This document shows, piece by piece, positions 1 to 10,207 of a DNA stretch of 64,000 bases (position 1 is its first letter; the number at the start of each line of letters is the position of its first letter). Source of the DNA: an uncultured Gammaproteobacteria bacterium (GTDB lineage: Bacteria > Patescibacteriota > Patescibacteriia > UBA11705 > JABHMO01); contig CAZPBK010000001.1 of assembly GCA_964584985.1 (NCBI GenBank), positions 60,742-124,741 on the forward strand. Reading direction: 5' to 3'. The notes beneath the pieces were generated by a model, which ran no database searches, was not told where the DNA came from, and saw only the letters and a list, made by a program, of their open reading frames with translations. Position numbers and translations under genes: made by a program.

Positions 1-14
1 AAATAGCCAATAGA

Positions 15-422
15 ATGAATAGATCCGGAAAAACCACTAAGAATTTGCGGGAGCTTCCCATTAGTTACTCGGATCTGCTTAAAATTAGCGGTTTTTACTT
101 GGAATATCTTGCCCTGAAGAACCGTTTCTTGTATGTGTTTTACGCTACATATGAGGATTTGGCTCAAGTCACTTTGGCTGATCATATTTTGGTCGGTCTG
201 GATGTGGAACTTGATTCAGAACAAAAAATCTGGTGGCCGCCGGACAATCAGTACCATGTACTTTTGTACGAAAGGTTTGAACAGATCGGACGATACAATA
301 TCTTTGCTCTGATCAAAATGGGCGTGGAGCTTGAAGAAATTTCAAACTTGGAAGCGATCGCCAAAGCCACTGGCGATAAAAAGCTGTTTTATTTGCCCTC
401 AACCATCGGACTTTTGCAATAG
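15..422 (+). CDS. hypothetical protein (may start before the window edge)
   Basis: 135-aa ORF; frame is open back to the window start; followed by a terminator hairpin. Confidence 0.6.
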   Translation: MNRSGKTTKNLRELPISYSDLLKISGFYLEYLALKNRFLYVFYATYEDLAQVTLADHILVGLDVELDSEQKIWWPPDNQYHVLLYERFEQIGRYNIFALIKMGVELEEISNLEAIAKATGDKKLFYLPSTIGLLQ

Positions 423-432
423 TTAAAAACAA

Positions 433-462
433 AACGAGCATCAATATGCTCGTTCTTTTTTT
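433..462. terminator. intrinsic terminator between convergent genes
   Basis: AACGAGCAT-caat-ATGCTCGTT stem followed by a T-run. Confidence 0.7.
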
Positions 463-467
463 ATAAT

Positions 468-1664
468 TTAAATATGTGTTAGTATTTTTTTTAAAAGTTC
501 TTGACGATGGTGATGAATCAGCTTTTTCAGGTCTTGCTTTTTTACCCATTTTATTTTTTCCGCCTCAAAACTTTTTTTCAGATCCATTTGTCTATTGGTT
601 CCCAGGTATTGAATTAAATAAGCTGATTGTTTTTGGCCTTTATAGCCCTTTATTTTTTTAGCATAATCCGGCCAGTCATAGCGATGCTGTTCAGGAATTT
701 TTTTGATTATTTTAAACAATTTTTTTGAAGCACCCACTTCTTCACTTAATTCTCGGATAACGCCTTTTTCCGGCTTTTCTCCAAGCTCTATTCCGCCTTG
801 AGGAAATTGCCAGTGGTTTTTAAAACGAGGATTTTTTATTATTAAAAATTTATTGTTTTGATTTTTAACAACCGCCACCGCGTTTTGTCTATATTTTTTG
901 TTCATCCTTTCTTTCCAACGGTGACAAGTCAAAAGAAAATCAACTGTGGCGTTTTTTACTCGCTTTAAGCGTTTGGGCTCTTGATAAAAACGATAAAGCC
1001 ATTCCAGCCCTGATTTACTCAAAGCTTTTGGCGCCCTTTTTATTTGGCCGGTTAAAAAATCAAAACTGCCACCAACAGCCAAAGCAATCTTTGTTTTTGG
1101 TAGCCAAGAAAGATACTTATCAATCCAGATTTCTTGCTCTGGCGCACCCAAGGTGGTGAAAATAATATCCGGTTGAAAATTATTGATTTTGTTTAATAAA
1201 TTATCGCAATTATTCAAATCTTCGGGATTAAGCTTTTCCGCTTGAAAATTGATTTGCGGATATTTTTCTTGGAACATCTTTTTCAAATCCGATTTGCCGG
1301 TCAAGGAATTATGACGCAAAACAATAAAAATTTTAATTTTTTGATACTGATATTTTTCTAAAAGTCTGCGGGTCAAATCAGCTCCGGTCACTCGGTTTTT
1401 TAGTTTTTCTCCTAAAATTTTGGCTCCCAATTTTAAACCTATACCGTCGGGAAGGTTAAAGTCAGCTCTTTCCAAAACATGAAGATAATTTTCATTTTTT
1501 TCCGCTTTTAAACAAATCTCCGGGTTTGGAGTGTAAAGCCTTAACTGTTTATTTTTGATTAAAGCGTTATCTATTTTTTCCACAAAAAAATTCATCGGTC
1601 GATCGTTAACCGGTACTCCGAGGATAATGGCTTTGTTTTTAAATTCCGGTACTCTACTTGACAT
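468..1664 (-). CDS. WecB/TagA/CpsF glycosyltransferase fused to a C-terminal RppH-like Nudix hydrolase
   Basis: TPNPE, PDGIG, RVTGADL, LGAPEQE, VGGSFD, GLEWLYR TagA motifs; WQFPQGG plus Nudix box GGIELGEKPEKGVIRELSEEVG. Confidence 0.85.
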   Translation of the reverse strand: MSSRVPEFKNKAIILGVPVNDRPMNFFVEKIDNALIKNKQLRLYTPNPEICLKAEKNENYLHVLERADFNLPDGIGLKLGAKILGEKLKNRVTGADLTRRLLEKYQYQKIKIFIVLRHNSLTGKSDLKKMFQEKYPQINFQAEKLNPEDLNNCDNLLNKINNFQPDIIFTTLGAPEQEIWIDKYLSWLPKTKIALAVGGSFDFLTGQIKRAPKALSKSGLEWLYRFYQEPKRLKRVKNATVDFLLTCHRWKERMNKKYRQNAVAVVKNQNNKFLIIKNPRFKNHWQFPQGGIELGEKPEKGVIRELSEEVGASKKLFKIIKKIPEQHRYDWPDYAKKIKGYKGQKQSAYLIQYLGTNRQMDLKKSFEAEKIKWVKKQDLKKLIHHHRQELLKKILTHI

Positions 1665-1700
1665 GTTTTTATGTTTTTTTATTAAGAAATTTTTTAATAA

Positions 1701-2270
1701 TTAATTTTCAGCTAATTGTTTTTCCTGTTTTTTTATTTTAACTTTCATTAATGTTTTATAGATCGGTCCCTCGGGAGTTAAAGTACTTAACATTAAATCA
1801 ATAGTTTTAACTGTGAATTTTAATGGCTTTATTTTTATATTCAGTTCTAGTTTTTTAATTGGTTTTTTTATTCGACCAAGGGTAATATGTGCTGAAAATC
1901 GGCGTTGGTCAATAGGCAAATCCAATTTTTTAAATATTTCATTTACCGCGTTTTTTATGGGGTGCAATTGCTCTTGTTCATCAGTCAAACTTATTTTAAT
2001 CACTTTTGGATAATATTGAGCGGTAAAAACTTCCAATTTTTCCAGTTTTAATTTAAATTGTTTAAAATCCAAATGACTTTCCATGGTTTGTTTAAGGATT
2101 TCCAGTTTTTCGGGTTGTAAATCTTTTATAAAGCCCAAAGTCAGATGTAAATTTCTCGGATTCACCCACTTGATCGGTTTATCCGCTGATTGAATTTTTA
2201 ATTCTTGGATGACCTTTTGCAAATAAGCTTTGGTGTCCAATGGTAGATTAATGGCTATAAAAAGTCTCAT
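1701..2270 (-). CDS. thpR: RNA 2',3'-cyclic phosphodiesterase (2H family)
   Basis: MRLFIAI start; two HxT motifs (LHLTLGF, AHITLGR); STLTPEGPIY. Confidence 0.9.
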   Translation of the reverse strand: MRLFIAINLPLDTKAYLQKVIQELKIQSADKPIKWVNPRNLHLTLGFIKDLQPEKLEILKQTMESHLDFKQFKLKLEKLEVFTAQYYPKVIKISLTDEQEQLHPIKNAVNEIFKKLDLPIDQRRFSAHITLGRIKKPIKKLELNIKIKPLKFTVKTIDLMLSTLTPEGPIYKTLMKVKIKKQEKQLAEN

Positions 2271-2316
2271 AGTGGTATTATAACATTAATTTTGCTAAAA
2301 TTTAAATATAAGAGTA

Positions 2317-3204
2317 ATGGCGTTTATGAAAAAATCACAATTTTATAAAAAATTAGAAAATAATTTTGTACAATGTCGCACCTGTTGTCATTATTGTCGG
2401 TTGGCACCAGGGGAAATCGGTCAATGCCAAGTCAGAAAAAATATCAAGGGCGATTTATATAGTTTGGTTTACGGCAAAATAATTGCCCAAGGTGTGGATC
2501 CGATTGAGAAAAAACCCTTATATGAATTTTTGCCGGGCACTTTTACTTATTCTTTGGCCACTCCGGGCTGTAATTTTTCGTGTTTACATTGCCAAAACGC
2601 GGATATTGCCAAGCCGGTTGAAATTGAAAATTTTATCAATGAATTTGCCGCCAAAGAATTTAAACCGCAAGAAATAATTGATCAGGCGTTGCAGTATAAT
2701 TGCCAAAGTATTTCTTATACTTATACCGAACCTACGGTTTTTGCTGATTTTGCTTTGGACATTATGAAACAGGCTAAAAAAGCCAATTTAAAAAATGTTT
2801 GGGTTAGCAATGGTTATTTTTCTAATGAGGTTTTTACCGCTATTAAACCATATTTAGATGCTGTAAATATAGATCTTAAAACTTTTAATGACAAAACTTA
2901 TCAAAAAATCTGTGGTGCTCATCTTGAACCGGTTAAGGAAAATATTAAAAAAGCGGTTAAAGCAAAGGTTCACACCGAAGTGACCACCCTATTGATTCCC
3001 GAAGTAAACGATCGATCCGAAGAAATAAAAAGAATGGCTGAATTTTTATACTCTGTTGATCCGAAAATTGTTTGGCATATTAGCGCTTTTTACCCGGCTT
3101 ATAAAATGATTGATAAACCTCCAACCGATATTAAAACCTTAAAAAAAATCAAAAAAATCGCTAAAAAATGCGGCTTGACCAAAACCTTTTTGGGGAATAT
3201 ATAA
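2317..3204 (+). CDS. amrS: AmmeMemoRadiSam system radical SAM enzyme
   Basis: N-terminal Cys cluster, DPIEKKPLY, GCNFSCLHCQN, YTYTEPT, NIDLK. Confidence 0.9.
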   Translation: MAFMKKSQFYKKLENNFVQCRTCCHYCRLAPGEIGQCQVRKNIKGDLYSLVYGKIIAQGVDPIEKKPLYEFLPGTFTYSLATPGCNFSCLHCQNADIAKPVEIENFINEFAAKEFKPQEIIDQALQYNCQSISYTYTEPTVFADFALDIMKQAKKANLKNVWVSNGYFSNEVFTAIKPYLDAVNIDLKTFNDKTYQKICGAHLEPVKENIKKAVKAKVHTEVTTLLIPEVNDRSEEIKRMAEFLYSVDPKIVWHISAFYPAYKMIDKPPTDIKTLKKIKKIAKKCGLTKTFLGNI

Positions 3205-3216
3205 ACAGTTTTGGCC

Positions 3217-3244
3217 TTGACAGTTTTAGTCATTATTATATACT
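3217..3244 (+). promoter_or_regulatory. sigma70-type promoter of clpB
   Basis: TTGACA(3217-3222)-N16-TATACT(3239-3244). Confidence 0.7.
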
Positions 3245-3248
3245 GGTT

Positions 3249-3275
3249 TTAGCACTCTTTTAGTTTGACTGCTAA
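3249..3275 (+). promoter_or_regulatory. CIRCE element (HrcA operator)
   Basis: TTAGCACTC-N9-GACTGCTAA, one mismatch to TTAGCACTC-N9-GAGTGCTAA, between the promoter and the clpB start. Confidence 0.9.
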
Positions 3276-3291
3276 AAAATAAAAAAAAATT

Positions 3292-5913
3292 ATGGATATA
3301 AGAAAATTTACTACTAATGCCCAACAGGCCATGCAAGGCGCTCAAGCTTTGGCCTTTGAATTAAAACATGCACAAATTGATGTACTTCATCTTTTAGATG
3401 CTCTTTTAGAACAAGAAGAAAGCATTGTCTTGACTTTAATGAAAAAACAAGAATTGCCCATTGAGCAAATCATCGCTCAGGTTAAATCAAATCTTGCTCG
3501 CCTACCCAAAGGCAATGCCGCTTCAGTCGGAGGACAACAAGTGGCGGTTACCGCACAGATGAATTTTGTTTTGGTTAACTCTGAAAAAGAAGCTAAGAAA
3601 TTAGGAGACGAATTTATCAGTACCGAACATCTTTTGCTTTCGTTGTTAAAAGTTGATTCCGCGGCCAGTGAAATTTTGAAGCTTTTTGGTCTGGATTATA
3701 AAACGGCTTTGGAAGTGTTAAAAGAATTGAGAGGCAATGAAACCATTGATTCTCCGGATCCGGAAAACAAACGAAATGTATTAAATAAATATACGGTCAA
3801 TTTAACTAATGAAGCCAAGGAAGAAAATCTGGATCCGGTGATCGGTCGTGAAGAAGAAATCAGACGCGTGCTTCAAGTTCTTTCCAGACGAACCAAGAAC
3901 AATCCGGTTTTAATCGGTGAGCCCGGCGTGGGAAAAACCGCCATTGCCGAAGGTTTGGCACAGCGTATTGTTTCCGGTGATGTGCCTGATAATTTAAAGA
4001 GTAAGGAAATTTTAAGCTTGGACATAGGCGCCTTAATCGCCGGTTCCAAATTTCGCGGTGAATTTGAAGAAAGAATGAAGGCCGTTTTAAGTGAAATAAA
4101 AAAGAATAAAGATAAATTTATTTTATTTATAGACGAATTACATACCATTGTTGGAGCCGGATCCATTGAAGGCAGTTTGGACGCTTCCAATATGCTAAAA
4201 CCGGCCTTGGCTCGCGGTGAATTACATTGTGTGGGCGCTACTACCTTAAAAGAATACCAAAAATATATTGAAAAAGACGCAGCCTTGGAAAGGCGTTTTC
4301 AGCCGATCATGGTCTTGGAACCTAATTTTGATGATACCGTGGCCATTTTGCGCGGGATTAAAGAAAAATACGAGGTTCACCACGGCGTGCGTATTACCGA
4401 TGACGCCATTGTTTCGGCGGCCAAGCTTTCCCAAAAATACATTACAGACAGATTTTTACCGGATAAAGCTATTGATTTGATTGATGAAGCTACTTCGGCT
4501 TTAAGAATTGAATTAAACAGCATGCCGGCTGATTTGGATAAACTAAAAAGAAAAATTCAAAAATTGGAAATTGAAAAACAGGCTTTATCTAAAGAAAAAA
4601 CCGATAGCGCCAAAAAGAAATTAAAAGATATTGAAAAACAATTGGCCGAGAAAAAAGAAAAAGCCAATCAATTGGAAATGCATTGGAATAAAGAAAAAGA
4701 ACTTATTTCGCAAATTCAGGCCTCCAATAAAGAAATTGACTCCTTAAAACAAGAAGCGGAAATTTTGGAGAGAAAAGCTGAGTACGACAAAGTAGCCGAA
4801 ATCAGGTATGGTCGTATCCCCGAATTGGAAAAAAAGATAAAAAGCTTGCAGTCTCGTCTGAGAAAAGTGCAAAGTGGCCCGGGCGGACAAAAGATTTTAA
4901 AAGAAGAAGTCACAGAAGAAGATATTGCTTCCGTGGTTTCCAAATGGACCGGAATTCCGGTCAGTAAAATGTTGCAAAGCGAGATTGAAAAATTGGCCAA
5001 AGCTGAAAAGGTTTTGTCCGAACGAGTTATTGGCCAAAAAAAAGCTATTAATTCCGTAGCCAATGCCTTGCGTCGCTCCAGAGCCGGCTTGTCCGAAGAA
5101 AACCAACCGATCGGTTCTTTTCTTTTCCTTGGACCGACCGGAGTTGGCAAAACCGAACTGGCCAAAGCTTTGGCCGAGTTTATGTTTAACAGCGAAGAAG
5201 CCATTATTCGCGTGGATATGTCTGAATTTATGGAAAAACATGCAGTCTCCAAATTGATCGGTTCTCCACCGGGATATATTGGCCACGACGAAGGCGGACA
5301 ATTGACCGATAAAGTACGCAGACGCCCTTATTCGGTAATTTTATTTGATGAAATAGAAAAAGCTCATCCGGAAGTGTTTAATTCCCTATTACAGCTTTTG
5401 GATGATGGACATTTAACTGACGCCAAGGGACGAAAGGTTAATTTTAAAAACACTATTATAATCATGACTTCAAATATTGGCTCTGATGCTATTTTGGATT
5501 CTTTGAATAAAAAAGAACTGGGCTTTGGCAATAAAGAAAAAGATGTAAAAAAAGATACTGATGAAAAGATCATGAATAAACTGAAAGACCATTTTAGACC
5601 GGAGTTTTTAAACCGCATAAACGAAATAATTATTTTTGACGCTTTAACCAAGCCGGATATCAGGAAAATCGTTGATTTGCAAATGGATCAAGTCAAAAAT
5701 CGTCTTTTGGACAAAGATATTACCATAAAATTCACCAAAAAGATAAAAGACCTGTTGGCTGATCAAGGCTATGATCCGCAATTTGGGGCTCGTCCGCTGA
5801 AACGATTGATCCAAAATAAAATATTGGATGAATTGGCTTTAAACATTATTAAGGGGAAGGTTAAAGAAAGAGTAACGGTTGACAAAGACAAGGGAAAAGT
5901 TATTTTCAAATAA
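3292..5913 (+). CDS. clpB: ATP-dependent chaperone ClpB
   Basis: two AAA+ modules ([16 protein letters not shown]), long coiled-coil M domain, 873 aa. Confidence 0.97.
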   Translation: MDIRKFTTNAQQAMQGAQALAFELKHAQIDVLHLLDALLEQEESIVLTLMKKQELPIEQIIAQVKSNLARLPKGNAASVGGQQVAVTAQMNFVLVNSEKEAKKLGDEFISTEHLLLSLLKVDSAASEILKLFGLDYKTALEVLKELRGNETIDSPDPENKRNVLNKYTVNLTNEAKEENLDPVIGREEEIRRVLQVLSRRTKNNPVLIGEPGVGKTAIAEGLAQRIVSGDVPDNLKSKEILSLDIGALIAGSKFRGEFEERMKAVLSEIKKNKDKFILFIDELHTIVGAGSIEGSLDASNMLKPALARGELHCVGATTLKEYQKYIEKDAALERRFQPIMVLEPNFDDTVAILRGIKEKYEVHHGVRITDDAIVSAAKLSQKYITDRFLPDKAIDLIDEATSALRIELNSMPADLDKLKRKIQKLEIEKQALSKEKTDSAKKKLKDIEKQLAEKKEKANQLEMHWNKEKELISQIQASNKEIDSLKQEAEILERKAEYDKVAEIRYGRIPELEKKIKSLQSRLRKVQSGPGGQKILKEEVTEEDIASVVSKWTGIPVSKMLQSEIEKLAKAEKVLSERVIGQKKAINSVANALRRSRAGLSEENQPIGSFLFLGPTGVGKTELAKALAEFMFNSEEAIIRVDMSEFMEKHAVSKLIGSPPGYIGHDEGGQLTDKVRRRPYSVILFDEIEKAHPEVFNSLLQLLDDGHLTDAKGRKVNFKNTIIIMTSNIGSDAILDSLNKKELGFGNKEKDVKKDTDEKIMNKLKDHFRPEFLNRINEIIIFDALTKPDIRKIVDLQMDQVKNRLLDKDITIKFTKKIKDLLADQGYDPQFGARPLKRLIQNKILDELALNIIKGKVKERVTVDKDKGKVIFK

Positions 5914-5921
5914 AATTTCAT

Positions 5922-5960
5922 ATAAAAAGTCACTGTTTTTTTTATGCAGTGATTTTTTAT
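5922..5960 (+). terminator. intrinsic terminator after clpB
   Basis: AAAAAGTCACTG...CAGTGATTTTTT inverted repeat. Confidence 0.65.
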
Positions 5961-6005
5961 TGCTGAAATTGTTAAAAAACTATAATTATAGTATAATTAA
6001 GGTAT

Positions 6006-7382
6006 ATGAAAAAAACGGGTTTAAGCCTAATTATTTTTGTGTTATTATTCAATCTTTGGTTGCCAAGTTCAGCTTTGGCTTTAAGTTTTGATAATGCTTA
6101 CATCGTCAGTGATTCGGCCTTAACCGACTATCAAAGTATGAGCCTGGAACAGGTTCGGTCTTTTTTAATGAAAAAAAACAGTGCTTTGGCCGATTACCGG
6201 GTTTCAATTGAACCGGGAAAGGTAAAATCAGCGGCTGAAATCATCTGGGATTCTGCGCAAAAATACCGGGTTAATCCCAAGTTTTTACTGGTTATGTTAC
6301 AAAAAGAGCAGAGTTTGATTGAGGATCCTTCGCCCACTCAAAAACAGCTTGATTGGGCCATGGGATATGGAGTTTGCGATTCTTGTGATCCGGACGATAC
6401 TTCACTGATAATTTTCAAAGGTTTTGCCCGACAAGTAGATCGAGCGGCTTGGCGCCAGCGTTGGTATATTAAAAATAGCGATCTTTCTTGGCTTAGGCAA
6501 AAAGGACAAACCTATAATATTGACGGACATAACATAAAAATAGTAAATCAAGCTACGGCCAATTTATATAATTATACTCCACATATTTACGGTAATTATT
6601 TGTTTTGGAAAATTTGGAATAAATGGTTTGAGCAAAAATATCCTAACGGTTCACTGCTCCAGGCCAAAGGACAAGCCGGAGTATGGCTGATCGAAAACGG
6701 ACAAAAACGGCCTTTTTACAATAAGGGCGCATTATTGTCCAGATATGACATTAACGATATTGTTTTGGTTGAACATCGCGAATTGGATAAATATGAGCCG
6801 GGACCGCCGATCAAGTTTGCTAATTTTTCTTTATTGCAAACAGAATTGGGCGATGTTTATCTTTTGGTTAATGATACTTTACGAAGATTTGAAAGTGATA
6901 AGGTTTGGCGTACTTTGGGCTTTAACCCGGAAGAATTTGAAGAGCTTAACGCTTCTGATTTTAATCATTATAAAACCGGAGCGCTAATAACCTTAAAAGA
7001 AGCCTATCCGGCCGGGGCTCTTTTGCAAAATAATAAAACCGGTGGGGTTTATTTTGTTCAAAACGGTCAAAAAAAACCGATATTAAGTCGAGATATAATA
7101 AAACTTGATTATTCAGCTTACAGTTTAACCCAAGTCAGTCCCGAGGAGTTGGAAAATTTCACAACTAAAGAACCGGCCAGATTAAAAGATGGACACCTGG
7201 TAAAAACCGCTGATTCCCCCATTGTTTATGTGATTTCCGAAGGTAAAAAAAGGCCCATTGCCACAGCCGATGTTTTTGAAAATTTGGGATATCAATGGCA
7301 AAATATCCAAACGGTTGAGACCAAGACTCTTGAAAATATAAAAAAAGGACCATACCTTGATTTGGAATTTAAAAAGCATTAA
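6006..7382 (+). CDS. secreted protein: lysozyme-like N-terminal domain plus four C-terminal repeats
   Basis: signal peptide; VNPKFLLVMLQKEQSLI, AMGYG, LYNYTPH; repeated (G)xLLx..VY/WLIxxGxKRP units. Confidence 0.6.
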   Translation: MKKTGLSLIIFVLLFNLWLPSSALALSFDNAYIVSDSALTDYQSMSLEQVRSFLMKKNSALADYRVSIEPGKVKSAAEIIWDSAQKYRVNPKFLLVMLQKEQSLIEDPSPTQKQLDWAMGYGVCDSCDPDDTSLIIFKGFARQVDRAAWRQRWYIKNSDLSWLRQKGQTYNIDGHNIKIVNQATANLYNYTPHIYGNYLFWKIWNKWFEQKYPNGSLLQAKGQAGVWLIENGQKRPFYNKGALLSRYDINDIVLVEHRELDKYEPGPPIKFANFSLLQTELGDVYLLVNDTLRRFESDKVWRTLGFNPEEFEELNASDFNHYKTGALITLKEAYPAGALLQNNKTGGVYFVQNGQKKPILSRDIIKLDYSAYSLTQVSPEELENFTTKEPARLKDGHLVKTADSPIVYVISEGKKRPIATADVFENLGYQWQNIQTVETKTLENIKKGPYLDLEFKKH

Positions 7383-7416
7383 TATTTATATACACTAATA
7401 ATCAAAATCATTAAAT

Positions 7417-8205
7417 ATGTTGGTATTTTCAGCAATTTGTCCTCATCCGCCCATTTTAATTCCCGGAATCGGCAAAGAAAATCTTTCCAAGATTGAAAAA
7501 ACCAAACAATCCATGGAAATGCTAAAAAAAGGTCTGGATCAAGCCAATCCTGATACAATTATTATAATTTCTCCGCATGGTGAAATAAACAGACACGCTT
7601 TTTCCATAAATACCAATCAAGAATACAGGGCGCGTTTTGAAAATTTTGGTGACTTTAAAACTGAATTGCACTTTAAGTCAGATTTAGAGTTTATAAACAC
7701 GCTAAAAGGATTGGACGAGGTAAACATGCCGATTCATTTGGTTTCAGAAAATAATCTTGATCATGGTTCTTCAGTACCACTTTATTATTTGAATAATCAG
7801 AATGAGAAAGCCAGAATTGTCCCCATCACCTATAGTTTTTTGGGTTATGATAAGCATCTGCAATTTGGAAGATTGATCAAAGAAGCGGCATCGTCATTAA
7901 ATAAAAAATATGCCATTATTGCTTCGGGAGATCTTTCTCACCGATTAACCAAACAAGCTCCGGCCGGTTTTTCACCCAAAGCTAAAGAATTTGATAAAAA
8001 ACTTATTCAGCTCTTAAAGAAAAAAAATACAGAAGGAATTTTGAATCTGGATAAAACCATGATTGAAGAAGCGGCTGAATGTGGTTTGCGTTCAATCCTG
8101 ATTCTGCTGGGAGCCATTGCCAATATGAATTATGAGTTTGAAGTACTGAGTTATGAATCGCCTTTTGGCGTTGGTTATCTGGTTGGTGAATTCAAATTTT
8201 CTTAG
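7417..8205 (+). CDS. amrB: AmmeMemoRadiSam system protein B (MEMO1/LigB-like)
   Basis: PHPP, ISPH, DHG, ASGDLSH, AAECG, YESPFGVGY. Confidence 0.85.
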   Translation: MLVFSAICPHPPILIPGIGKENLSKIEKTKQSMEMLKKGLDQANPDTIIIISPHGEINRHAFSINTNQEYRARFENFGDFKTELHFKSDLEFINTLKGLDEVNMPIHLVSENNLDHGSSVPLYYLNNQNEKARIVPITYSFLGYDKHLQFGRLIKEAASSLNKKYAIIASGDLSHRLTKQAPAGFSPKAKEFDKKLIQLLKKKNTEGILNLDKTMIEEAAECGLRSILILLGAIANMNYEFEVLSYESPFGVGYLVGEFKFS

Positions 8206-8217
8206 GTCGTTATTTAC

Positions 8218-8250
8218 AAAATCCCCGAAAAAAATCGGGGGTTTTATTTT
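8218..8250 (+). terminator. intrinsic terminator
   Basis: AAAATCCCCG-aaaaaaat-CGGGGGTTTT followed by T-rich sequence. Confidence 0.65.
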
Positions 8251-8290
8251 GTAATTGTTTTTTTGTGAAAATGTTTTATAATAAAAGCGT

Positions 8291-10198
8291 ATGAATAAAA
8301 TAGCCAAAATCATTCCTTATAAAAAAATGCCCAGAAAGTTTGGTCAGTTTGATTATTTGATACCCGAAGAATTGATTGAAAAGGTTAAACTTGGTTCGTT
8401 GGTAAAGATCCCTTTTAAAAAGCAAACCATTACCGGGCTGGTAACCGGATTTAGTCATTACAGTAAATTTAAATATATTAAACCGGTAAAAAATCTTGTT
8501 TTGGAAACAGAAGCTGAAAAATGGCAACTGGAGTTTATTAAATGGTTCAGCCTGTATTATTGTTGTTCAGAGCCAACCGCTTTTAAGTTGATCTTTCCTG
8601 ATTTGCCTAAGATTGTCAGAGAATATAAAGTTAAAAAAATTGATTCTCAAAAAATAAAATTGCCAAACAATGGGTGGGATAAACAAAAAATCGCTGAACA
8701 AATATTTTGCTCAAAAACCGAAAAAAAATATCTTTTAATGCCCCACTCCTTTGAAGAAAAGTGTTCTTTTTATCTAAATTTATGCAAATCATCAATAAAG
8801 GAGAACAAACAGATATTATTTATTTTCCCAAGAATAAATCAAATAAATTACTTTTTAAAGCTTTTGTCTGATGATTTAAAAAACCAAGTTTTAATTGTAA
8901 GTTCAGATATTCAAAATTCCAAAAATGCTCAAATTAATACTTGGAAAAAAATCAAAAAAAATGAAAAAAAAATTATCATAGGAACCAGGTTGGCGGTCTT
9001 CATGCCTTTTTCCACCCTGAAATTAGTGGTTGTTGACCAAGCGCACAGTCAAGATTTAAAACAATGGGATCAAAATCCCAGGTATGATTCCGGAGTTATT
9101 GCTGAAAAACTTTGCCAACTATTAAACTGCGGATTAATAATAAGCTCAATTACCCCGACACTAAAACAAGCCTATAAAGCAAAAACCGAAAAGCATGAAA
9201 TGATTAAAATTCCCAAAGGCTCTTCAATAAAAACCAATCTAATTGACATAAAAAAGCAAAGACAGTCGGAGTTTACTTATTTAAGTTTTGAATTGGAGCA
9301 ATTATTAAAGCAAAAACTTTCTCAAAATAAAAAAAGTCTTTTGATTGTAAACCGACGTGGAGAATACACTTATTTTTTTTGCCGAGATTGTGGCTGGGAA
9401 GCTCTTTGTGATGAATGCGGGTTACCCATGGTGGTGGAAGATAAAAAATTGGCTTGTCATCACTGTTCAAAAACAACCGCTCTCCCCTTGCAATGCCCTC
9501 AATGTCATAACACGAATCTAAAAAAACTGGGTGCCGGATTACAACAAATCAAGGATCTGGTCTCTGAAAAATTTCAACAAAAAGTCGGTGAGTTAACTCC
9601 GGAAACCGCCTTTTCCCCGAAAGAAAAAATTTGCATCAGCACCGGACAAGGATTAAAAACGCAACAGATTGCCGCCTTTGATTTTTTAGGCTTTGTTTAC
9701 ATTGACAGCTTGGTTCACTTGGCTGATTTTAATTCCAATTACAATCTGTATTCTTATTTAAAAAATTTAATAAATGACTTTAATTCCTTTTCAGCTTCAA
9801 AAGATAAGGAAGTACTTTTACAAACGGCTTTTCCGGAGAATGAAGCTATAAAAAATGTTTTTACGGATTATAAAGAATTTTATAAAAATGAAATAAAATT
9901 AAGAAAGGATTTTAATTATCCCCCGTTTTCCAGTTTGGTTAAATTGATTTTTGAACATCATGATAAAAAAATTGCCGAACGTGAAGCAAAATCTCTTTTT
10001 GCCGAGCTGGAAGAAAAAGAGAGCAAAGGGATCAAGTTAATTCCTCCTTATTTATATTATGCTCAAAAGGTTCGAAAAAGATTTCGTTATCAAATTGTTT
10101 TATTTTTCAGCTCCTACAACTATCTGGAAATAAACAGGTTTTTAGAAGTGGTTCCGGACCATTGGGCTATTGACAAAGATCCATTAAATCTGATATAA
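8291..10198 (+). CDS. priA: primosomal protein N' (helicase motifs degenerate)
   Basis: FDYLIP, IIIGTRLAVFMP, NPRYD, NRRG, four CxxC pairs, YPPFS; lies before def-fmt. Confidence 0.9.
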   Translation: MNKIAKIIPYKKMPRKFGQFDYLIPEELIEKVKLGSLVKIPFKKQTITGLVTGFSHYSKFKYIKPVKNLVLETEAEKWQLEFIKWFSLYYCCSEPTAFKLIFPDLPKIVREYKVKKIDSQKIKLPNNGWDKQKIAEQIFCSKTEKKYLLMPHSFEEKCSFYLNLCKSSIKENKQILFIFPRINQINYFLKLLSDDLKNQVLIVSSDIQNSKNAQINTWKKIKKNEKKIIIGTRLAVFMPFSTLKLVVVDQAHSQDLKQWDQNPRYDSGVIAEKLCQLLNCGLIISSITPTLKQAYKAKTEKHEMIKIPKGSSIKTNLIDIKKQRQSEFTYLSFELEQLLKQKLSQNKKSLLIVNRRGEYTYFFCRDCGWEALCDECGLPMVVEDKKLACHHCSKTTALPLQCPQCHNTNLKKLGAGLQQIKDLVSEKFQQKVGELTPETAFSPKEKICISTGQGLKTQQIAAFDFLGFVYIDSLVHLADFNSNYNLYSYLKNLINDFNSFSASKDKEVLLQTAFPENEAIKNVFTDYKEFYKNEIKLRKDFNYPPFSSLVKLIFEHHDKKIAEREAKSLFAELEEKESKGIKLIPPYLYYAQKVRKRFRYQIVLFFSSYNYLEINRFLEVVPDHWAIDKDPLNLI

Positions 10199-10207
10199 TT
10201 TGTTCAT

